In this document: positions 7,654 through 16,900 of the stretch, one piece after another
How the letters are laid out: every line of letters begins with the position of its first letter
Numbering within the stretch: position 1 is the first letter of the stretch
Assembly (NCBI GenBank): GCA_039186165.1
Contig: JBCDAG010000001.1
Span: 4,040 to 68,039 of the forward strand
Source of the DNA: Cyanobacteria bacterium P01_F01_bin.53
GTDB taxonomy: Bacteria; Cyanobacteriota; Cyanobacteriia; Phormidesmidales; Phormidesmidaceae
Direction of reading: 5' to 3'
Length of the DNA: 64,000 nucleotides
Translations under genes and position numbers: made by a program
Notes under the pieces: generated by a model
Told to the model about the DNA's origin: nothing
Databases searched by the model: none
What the model saw: the letters and a program-made list of their open reading frames with translations, nothing else

Positions 7654-10600
7654 AGTTCAATCTCCTTATGCCCGATGGGCTGTGTAGTATTTGCGTTGGG
7701 GCTGACGTTAATGGTTAGGGCATCGATGTAGTTGGCGAGGGCTTCGAGGGTGGGGTATTCAAAAATGCTTTGCAAGGAGATGGGACTATCAAAGTGTTTT
7801 CTCAAGCGCGTATTGACCCTTGTGGCACTCAGGGAATGGCCGCCTAACTCAAAAAAGTTGTCGTTAATGCTGATGTTCTCAAGTTGGAGAACATCTGACC
7901 ATATCGCTGCGATCGCCTGTTCTGTTTGATTGCGAGGTGTCACTTTCTGAGCGATCCCTATGTTCTGAGGTTGAGGCAATGCACGGCGATCCAGTTTGCC
8001 ATTGGGGGTAAGCGGTAGCGCGTCTAAAACCATGAACTGTGCCGGTACCATCACATCGGGCAGCCGTGTTTTTAGGAAGGTCGATAGCTCGCGCTCCAGA
8101 TGGGAGAAATGATTGGCTTCTCCCACGACATAAGCAATTAAGGTGTTCTCTCCATCTCGTATTGTTTGCGTCATGACAGCGGCTTGGCGGATAGCTGTAT
8201 GGCTGGTTAGCGCCACCTGGATTTCCCCCAGCTCAATCCGGACGCCTCGCAGCTTGATTTGACTATCTCGGCGGCCCAGATATTCGATAGTGCCGTCGGG
8301 GCGGTGGCGGGCGAGATCCCCTGTTTTATACAGGCGGGAAGCCTGAGTAAAGGGATTCGGAATAAACTTCTCAGCGGTCAATGCGGGGCGATTGTGATAG
8401 CCTCGGGCAACGCCGATGCCGCCAATGTGGAGTTCTCCCGGAACACCCATGGGAACAGGATTGAGATCGTTGTCTAACAGGTGAATTTGAGTGTTGGCGA
8501 TGGGACGACCGATGGGGACGACGTCGGAGCCAGGATGGCACCGCCATGCAGTGACATCGATAGCGGCTTCGGTGGGGCCATAAAGGTTGTGGAGCTGGGT
8601 GCTGGGGAGCTTTTGGAAAAATTCCTCCTTGAGGGCAGGCGGGAGCGCTTCTCCACTGCAAATAACGTGTTGAAGGGTTTTGCAGTTGTTGACCTCGGGG
8701 GCTTCTAGAAACGCGGCCAACATGCTAGGAACAAAGTGAAGAATTGAAATGTGCTGGGCCTGGATGAGATCAGCGAGGTAAGCGCTGTCTTTATGTCCGT
8801 CAGGTTTGGCGATGACAAGGGTGGCACCGTTAAGCAGTGGCCAAAATATCTCCCAGACGGAGACATCGAAGCTGAGAGGGGTTTTGTGGAGGATGCGTTG
8901 GCCTATCGTAAGGTTGTAGGTTTGTTGCATCCAGCACAGTCGGTTGACGAGTCCTTGATGCGTGTTGATGACGCCTTTGGGTTTGCCCGTGGAGCCGGAG
9001 GTGTAGATGACATAGACGCTGCTGTCGGGAGAAAGGGTGCGGTGCGGGTTGCCGGTAGGCTGCTGTGAACTATCTGGGATCTCCTTTAAAACAGCAGACA
9101 CCTCAGCATCAGTGAGCATGTAGGTAAGCCGTTCCTCTGGATAGCTCGGATCGAGGGGGACATAGGCTGCTCCTGTTTTGACGATGGCCAGGAGGGCGAT
9201 CGCCATTTCCAACGAACGGTTAAGATAAACGGCCACGCGATGCTCTGGGCCAATGCCTTTGTTTTGTAGCGTATAGGCCAGCTGGTTGGCTTGCTCATTT
9301 AGGGCTTGATAGGTGAGGGATTGCCCCTGAAAAATGAGTGCGATCGCCTGGGGCGTTTTTTCAACTTGTGCCTCAAACAAATCTGGCAGTGATTTATCTA
9401 AGGGGTAGCTTTCCACCGCTGTGTTATTCCACTCGGCCAGTTGCCTCTTCTCTACTGAACACAGTAAAGAGATATCTCTTAAGTTGCTTTCTGGTTTCTT
9501 TATAAGGGCTGCAATGACGTTCGTGAGGTGTCCTAAAAAACGATTGACGGCCTCTGAGGAAAGTTCTTCAGAACGGTGCTTTGCCGTGAACGTGAGCTGT
9601 TCTTCCCCGGAAACGAGAATAGTCAGGGGGAAATGGGTCCACTCATTGAACTGAATATCGTCTAGATGGAGAGCGGTTTGGACACTAAAGGTTTCTGCCG
9701 AAATTGGATAGCTTTCAAAGACAAGCAAGCAGTCAAAGAGGCTTTTCCCGTCATTCACCCACTGCTGCAATTCTCTCAAGGAGATATAGTCATAGTCCGT
9801 TGTAGCAGCCTGCTGATTACCCAGCCCTTGCAACCAGTCCACCACTGGGATGTCACTATCTAATTGGACCCGCACCGGCAGTGTATTGATAAAGAGCCCA
9901 ACCATGGACAAGGCCCCAGCCAACTCAGCCGGCCTGCCAGCGCAAGTGGCCCCGAACACAATATCTTTCGTATCGCAGTAACGGCTAAGGACAAGCCCCA
10001 AAGCGGCTTGGACAAGAGTGTTGAGAGTGATTTGATGGGTTCGGGCAAAGGCTTTTATGCGCTGAGTGGTTTTAGCAGATAGGGGACGCTGCTGTTCTTC
10101 AAGTTGAGGGGGCGCAGGTTGTGTTTCTGATTGTTTGGCCGTTTGGGGCTTGAGGATTGGCAATGACGTTGGTCCTTCCCATCCGTCAAGATAGTCTTTC
10201 CAGAAGCTTTGGGCTACAGCGATATTTTGTTGATTCAACCAGGCAATGTACTCGCCGTAGGCACGGGGAGCTGATCTGGGTGTCAAAGAAAGATTGCCTG
10301 ACGAAACAAAATATTGTTGAAAAACCTCTTTTAAGAGTTGGCTTGCCGACCAACCATCGAGAATTAGGTGGTGATAGCACCAAATGAGGTAGTAGCGATT
10401 CTGAGCCGGAGCGGTTTGGTGATCGCACCCACGGTTTATCCAAGTCAACCGCATAAGGGGCGGTTGGTTAAGGTTGAACGGTTCACTGCGATTGCACGCC
10501 AGTAAAATCTGGAGTTTAGCGGCTTGCTCCGCCGAGGATAGCTGCTGCCAGTCCTGCTCTATCCAAATTTTATCCGTCCAAGTGCTGGGTCCATTACGGT

Positions 10601-10907
10601 AAACAACCTGGAATGGATTATCCCGTTGCTCCCAATAAAATCCTGTGCGCAAAATACTATGCCGCGTAATGGCCTCTTCCCAGGCTTGCTTTAGTAGCTG
10701 CCCATTGATGGGGTTTTCTGGCTGACTAGAAAACGACAGGACAACTTGAGGAACATAGGCCCCTGAGGTAGGCGATAGCAGTGAATGAAACAACAACCCT
10801 TCCTGCATCGGAGAGAGTGGGTACATATTCTCAATATTGCTACGCTTACCGGCTTTTGGGGCGGCTTTTGATGCGGATGCCTTTTGCCCATTTATCTGAG
10901 TATTCAT
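7650..10907 (-). CDS. NRPS C(DCL-type)-A(Ser)-T
   Basis: YPLSPMQEGLLFH and WCYHHLILDGWS; code DVWHISLIDK (Ser); GGHSL; C-terminal HKEIEL. Confidence 0.95.
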   Translation of the reverse strand: MNTQINGQKASASKAAPKAGKRSNIENMYPLSPMQEGLLFHSLLSPTSGAYVPQVVLSFSSQPENPINGQLLKQAWEEAITRHSILRTGFYWEQRDNPFQVVYRNGPSTWTDKIWIEQDWQQLSSAEQAAKLQILLACNRSEPFNLNQPPLMRLTWINRGCDHQTAPAQNRYYLIWCYHHLILDGWSASQLLKEVFQQYFVSSGNLSLTPRSAPRAYGEYIAWLNQQNIAVAQSFWKDYLDGWEGPTSLPILKPQTAKQSETQPAPPQLEEQQRPLSAKTTQRIKAFARTHQITLNTLVQAALGLVLSRYCDTKDIVFGATCAGRPAELAGALSMVGLFINTLPVRVQLDSDIPVVDWLQGLGNQQAATTDYDYISLRELQQWVNDGKSLFDCLLVFESYPISAETFSVQTALHLDDIQFNEWTHFPLTILVSGEEQLTFTAKHRSEELSSEAVNRFLGHLTNVIAALIKKPESNLRDISLLCSVEKRQLAEWNNTAVESYPLDKSLPDLFEAQVEKTPQAIALIFQGQSLTYQALNEQANQLAYTLQNKGIGPEHRVAVYLNRSLEMAIALLAIVKTGAAYVPLDPSYPEERLTYMLTDAEVSAVLKEIPDSSQQPTGNPHRTLSPDSSVYVIYTSGSTGKPKGVINTHQGLVNRLCWMQQTYNLTIGQRILHKTPLSFDVSVWEIFWPLLNGATLVIAKPDGHKDSAYLADLIQAQHISILHFVPSMLAAFLEAPEVNNCKTLQHVICSGEALPPALKEEFFQKLPSTQLHNLYGPTEAAIDVTAWRCHPGSDVVPIGRPIANTQIHLLDNDLNPVPMGVPGELHIGGIGVARGYHNRPALTAEKFIPNPFTQASRLYKTGDLARHRPDGTIEYLGRRDSQIKLRGVRIELGEIQVALTSHTAIRQAAVMTQTIRDGENTLIAYVVGEANHFSHLERELSTFLKTRLPDVMVPAQFMVLDALPLTPNGKLDRRALPQPQNIGIAQKVTPRNQTEQAIAAIWSDVLQLENISINDNFFELGGHSLSATRVNTRLRKHFDSPISLQSIFEYPTLEALANYIDALTINVSPNANTTQPIGHKEIEL

Positions 10908-13900
10908 GACATCTCACCTCCTGACATCTCGCCTTCTGACATTTCACCTTCTAGGCTAGCGAGTAAATCATCTAGTTCACCCTGCTCTAAGCCCATTTGA
11001 GGGAAGTCCGTTGGGCTATAGCCTTGATCGGTGTCTGTCGATAAACAATACTCAATCAATGTGATGAGCTGTGTGAGATAGCTTTCTGCCCAGCCAGAAA
11101 TGGTTGCTTTCTTATGGATTTCTCGACTAAAGGTCCAGTGTAATGTCAGCATTCCTCGGCTAATAACAGCATTGATCTCTATCAACACATCGCGGGGGTC
11201 TTCTCCACTGCGAGCGGCTCCGGCTGATTCGCTAGCGGGTGCTAGCCAACTATCCTCAGTAAAGAGTTGATCGGTTTGGCCCAAATAGTTAAAGCGAATA
11301 GGCGTATCTGTTTCCAAAGATTTCTTTCCACCTGAGGCCTGTAGATATCGCAACACACCATATCCCATGCCTTGCCTGGGCACTGACCTCAGTGTTTCTT
11401 TGACGGATTTAATCACTTGCCCGGTATCGATCTCTTGATCTTGATTCGGCATGGATGGCATCTTAAGCAAAACGGGATAAAGCGTTGTTAACCAACCAAC
11501 CGTTCGCGACAAATCCTGATCCTCTGGGCGACCATGACCTTCCAGAGAAATTCTCAGGGATGGCTCTGTTTGTGCGTCTGTCGTTTCTTCTCCCTCTTGT
11601 TGCGTACCCTTTTGTTGCGTACTTAAAGAAGGCGATAATGCAAGGAGCAATGCCGTGAGCAAAATATCTTCAATGCGGGCACTGTAGGCAGTTGGAACTT
11701 TCCTAATCAGCCTTTGAGTTTGTTCAGAGGTTAACGAAACCGACACGGTATCTGCGGTAGCCATTGCATTGTTCCCCGCTGGAAAGTCTCGCAAGAATAG
11801 CGGTAACTTAGCGGCTGCAATACTTTCCCAGTACGGCAATTCTGAATTGAAATCAGTAATGGTTAGTTGCTTGACCCAGTGCTGACAAGAGAGTGTTTTG
11901 GGCGGCAACAGCAGTTGACTATTCTGGTTGGACGGTTCACTAAGCTGTTGATAGAGCCGTTGCAGGTCACTGAGTAAAATTCGCCAGGAGATGCCATCAA
12001 CCAACAGGTGATGGCAGACGATCAACAACCTCCGTTCAGGCCCCGCAGGGGTGGTTAGATCGTAGTAAACAACGTTTAGGAGTGGACCTTCTTGCAGCTG
12101 AAAGCTTGCTTGTGCAGCAGCGGCCTCAGTCGTAATCACCGAGGAAACCTCTTCACCCTCTGCATCTTCATTCTCTGTAATACTGCGCTGAATAACCCTC
12201 AGTGGGACCGTTTCTGAAGGACCTTGATAAGACTGTTCCCAACCTTTTTTCGTCTGTTTAAAGGTTGCTCTTAGGGCATCATGATGATGCATGAGTTGTC
12301 GTAGCGCCTGTTCTAGGATGTCAGGTCGGAGCGCTTGCTGGACGGAGAGCAAAACAGATTGATTCCAGTGGTGAGGGTGCTGTAAGGGTTGCGTGAGGAA
12401 CCAATGCTGGATGGGTGTAAGGGCAACAGGCCCCACAATCGGGGTTTGCTGAGCCTGATTAGAGGTCTGCGTGGTGGTGATCGCAGCGAGCTGTGAAATA
12501 GTGGAGTATTGAAAAAGATCTCGGGGTGAGAAATATAGCCCTATGTTCTGGGCTTGGGCGATTACTTGAATCGCTAGAATTGAGTCGCCACCTAGCTCAA
12601 AGAAATTGTCATGAATGCCTACTGGTTGGCCGAGCAACGCTTGCCAAATCTTGACGAGCGATTGTTCTGTTGCCGTTAGGATCTCCTTTTTTCCTTTTAA
12701 GGCTGTTTCAAAAATGGGGCTCGGTAAGGCTCGGCGATTTATCTTGCCGTTAGGCAATAGGGGAAGTGCTTCGAGGGGAACGACTATTGCCGGGAGCATA
12801 TAGTCGGGAAGAGACTTTTGGAGGTGCGATCGCAATCCTTCAAATGAGGCTGAAATCGTCGATAATGCTTTGCCGAAGGCTTCTTTATCAGGAACTCCGG
12901 CGAAAACGACATAAGCGACTAATCGTTGATTGTTTTGGGTATCCGTCCAGGCCTTAACCGCTGCCTGCATGACCTGTGAATGCTGTAATAGCGAAGATTC
13001 TATCTCACCTAGCTCAATGCGAAATCCGCGAATTTTTACCTGATTGTCCAGCCGGCCTAGGAACTCAAGCTGTCCATCGGGTCGGTATCGGACGAGATCT
13101 CCAGTTTTGTAGAGTGTGGGTGTTTTCGGAGAGAGAACTTGGGGGCAGTCAATAAAGCTTTCAGCCGTTAATGTTGGTTGATTCCAATACCCTTGGGCAA
13201 GGCCTTTCCCTGCCAAGTAGAGTTCACCCGGCATGCCAATGGGAACCTGCTTTTGCTGTTGATCTAATACGTAGGCTTGGGTATTAGCGATGGGACTACC
13301 GATTGGGACAGTAGCGTCCTCTGGGGAGAGCAGGGTGTAGGTAGAGTAGGTGGTATCTTCGGAGGGGCCATACAGATTGGAGACTTGCTCTACAGAGGCC
13401 AGGGCGTAGAGTTGTTTCACCAAGGTTGGCGGAATGGGCTCGCCTGCAAGGTTGATGGTGGTGACGCTATTGGGGATGCCATTAATGCGAGCGAGTTCTG
13501 CGAGCGCAGTGGGTACCGTATTAATTAAGGTCACCTGCTCAGCGGCAGGTAATGTCGGTAGCTGCAACACATTTTCTGCGAGGATGATACTACCGCCGCT
13601 GCTGAGTGGGACAAATATTTCGAAAATAGAAAGGTCGAAGCACACTGAAGTGGCAGCCAATACGCCGGATAACTGATCTGGTGAAAAGACTTCGTTGGCC
13701 CATTGCACGAGTGCAACCGGGCTGTGGTGTTCAATCGCGACGCCTTTTGGCCTGCCCGTGCTGCCACTGGTGTAAATGATGTAGGCGAGATTGTGCTCTC
13801 GTGTGCTGTGGGGTATAGGCGCGTGGCTTATGGATGTTGTAGTGGGTGAGGCTTGCTCCGTCAGGACATCTGTTAGGACAACTGTGTGAGGGGTTGATGC

Positions 13901-16900
13901 TGTGATGTTTTCATACTCAGGTTGAGTGATGACAGTGGACACCTGAGCATCGTCGAGAATATAAGCGAGCCTGCTCGATGGATAGTTGGGATCTAGCGGT
14001 ACGTAGGCGCCACCTGCTTTGAGGATTGCGAGAATTGCAATAATCAGATTCGCTGAGCGATCTAGGCAGATGGCGACGCGGGAGTCTGAGCCAATGCCAC
14101 GTGAGTGTAGTTGCTCAGCAAGCTGATGAGCTCGGGTATTGAGTTCTTGATATGAGAGCGTTTGGGTTGGGGTGACGAGGGCCTGGGCTTGGGGAGATCG
14201 CGCCACTTGCTGCTCAAATAGTTGATGCAGACATAACCCCGTTGGATAATCACGAGCGGTATCGTTCCACGCCCGTAATTGTTGTTCCTGACGTTCGCTC
14301 ACCAGGGGCAATTCAGAAATAAGTTGTTCAGGTGATGTTGTAACCGCGTTGAGTAAGGTGCAGAAAGTATCTGCCATCGCCTCAATAGTGCCGTGTTTGA
14401 ACAGATCTCGGCGATACTCAAACTTGCCACTTAATCGAACCCCATCTTCTGCGTTCTCTTCTGCCATAGACAACGTGAGATCCACTTTTGTGGTGTTGCT
14501 ATCGAGTGTTAGCGGAGACCATGTGAGATCATCAACCGCAGAGGTAGCATCCAACTTAGCCGCTTGCCAGACGAACATCACTTGGAATAGGGGCGAGTGA
14601 CTCCAGGTACGCGGTATATTCAGCGCATCTATAACCTGCTCAAACGGCACATCTTGATGGGCGTAAGCCGATAGGGCCGTCGTCCGTACCTGATGGAGTA
14701 ACTCAGTAAATGTTATGTCTTCTGAGAAATCACCGCGCAGTACCAGCGTATTGACAAACATCCCTAATACGCCTTCTAGCTCAGCCTGTGGCCGATGCGC
14801 TATGGGCGTCCCAACGACCAGGTCTTCTGCGCCGCTGTATCGATGTAGCAAGCTTTGAAACGCTGCCATTAACGTCATAAAGACTGTCGCTCTGTGCCGT
14901 TGACTAAGCTGCTTCAGTGCGGCGGTTTGCTGTGCTGTGAGGGCAAATCGATAGCTCCCACCTTCAAACTGTTGTATAGCTGGTCGTGGGTAGTCGGTGG
15001 GTAATGACAGCAGGGGCGGTACCTCTGCTAATTGTTGTTGCCAGTAGCTAAGCTGCTTGGAGGTGTCAAGGCGCTGTTGCCATGCGGCGTAGTCCACATA
15101 CTGCACAGGGAGTGGGGGCAATACGACGGGGGACTCTGCCCTTCGCTGGGCCCTTCGCTGGGTATAGACAGAAACGAGTTCACGTACCAGCATGTCCACA
15201 GACCCCGCGTCGGCAATGATGTGGTGCAGTACCAGCAAAACAATATAAGCCTGCTCTTCGGTGCGAATCACCGTTACCCGCATCAGGGGAGCTGTTGTGA
15301 GATCAAAAGGCTTTCGCGATTCAGCGATTAATCTATCTGTGATTTGTGACTCAGAAAGCGCGTTATTTCTGGCCTTTTTATTTCTAGCCTCTATGTATGA
15401 GACTTTAGGTACTAGTGTGGGCGCCAGTGTGGGTAGTATCTGTAAGTTAGCTTCACCCTCTACTGATTGGAATGTCGTGCGTAACCCTTCGTGGCGATCG
15501 CACAAAAAGGCCAGACTTTCTTCTAATACTGGGATTGAGAAGTCTCCGACAAGTCGTACCGCCGCAGGGATATTGTAAAAGGGGCTGTTGGGTTCTAATT
15601 GTGCGAGGACCCACTGTCGCTTTTGGGCATAGGATAAGGGTAGAGAGCCCTCCCTATCAATCAATTGAATAGGCTCAAAAGTTTTGTTTTGCAGGGTGGC
15701 GTCTATAGCGGTGGAAAAAGCAGAGAGTGTGGGCTTCTCGAAGAGCGTTCTTAAGGGCACCGACATGCCCAAAACTGGCTGAAGTCGAGCAATGACACGT
15801 GCAGCCAAAAGAGAGTGCCCGCCTAGTTCAAAGAAATTATCAGTAGCCCTGACAGCTGGGATCTTTAACGTATCTGCCCAGATATTGGCTATGAGCTGTT
15901 CGGTTTCGGTTTGTGGCCCTAATGAGTCTGTTGTGGGCTGACCACTGAGCTGACCTATCTGGGGCTTGGGTAGTGCTTTACGGTCAATTTTTCCATTGGG
16001 TGTGAGGGGAAAGTCTGCCAGTAAAACATACGCAGTGGGCAGCATGTAGGTCGGCAGTTGACCACTGAGGTTTTGACGGAGCGTGGTTGGATTATTCACT
16101 AGTTCGACATCGGGCCATACCTTGCAGTAAGCGACCAGTTGAGGCTCGTGATTTTCACCGTTGCGATAGAGCATCACTAACGATTGGTCAATGTCAGGAT
16201 GGTTATTAAGGATAGATTCTATTTCACCGAGTTCGATGCGGAATCCGCGAAGTTTTATTTGGTGATCGAGACGACCTAGGTATTCGAGGGTGCCAGTGGA
16301 ATGGCGACGGACGAGATCTCCCGTTTTGTAGAGTGTGGTGATGTGTGGGATGTTGTTTGGGGTGGTGTGTGGAATGCTAGGAAGCTCGGTATTGACAAAC
16401 TTCTCAGCCGTTAGCTCTGCGCGATGGAGATATCCAGTGCTGAGACCAGCCCCCCCGATGTGAAGCTCTCCCGGCACACCCACAGGAACGGGTTGTTGTT
16501 GTGGGTCGAGAACATGAAAAATCGTGTTGTCTATGGGTCCGCCAATAGGAACAAATCCGTTGGCTAGCACTATCTCGTCAATGCGGAGGGCACTTGACCA
16601 GATAGTGGTTTCGGTAGGGCCGTACAGGTTCCAAAGTTCGTGGCAGCAGGGAAGTAGTTGTTGGGCGAGGGGAAGATTGAGCGCTTCGCCGCCGCAGAGG
16701 ATTTTGAGCTTGGACAAGCCTTCCCAGCCCGCATCTAACAACAACCGCCAAGTGGCTGGTGTTGCCTGCATGAGGGTGATATCGTCGCTTTTTAGCTGGG
16801 CGATGAGGCGCTCGCTGTCACGAACGGTTTCGGGTGTGGCGATCACAAGTCTTGCCCCTACTGTGAGCGGTAATAATAGCTCTAGCGTTGCAATATCAAA

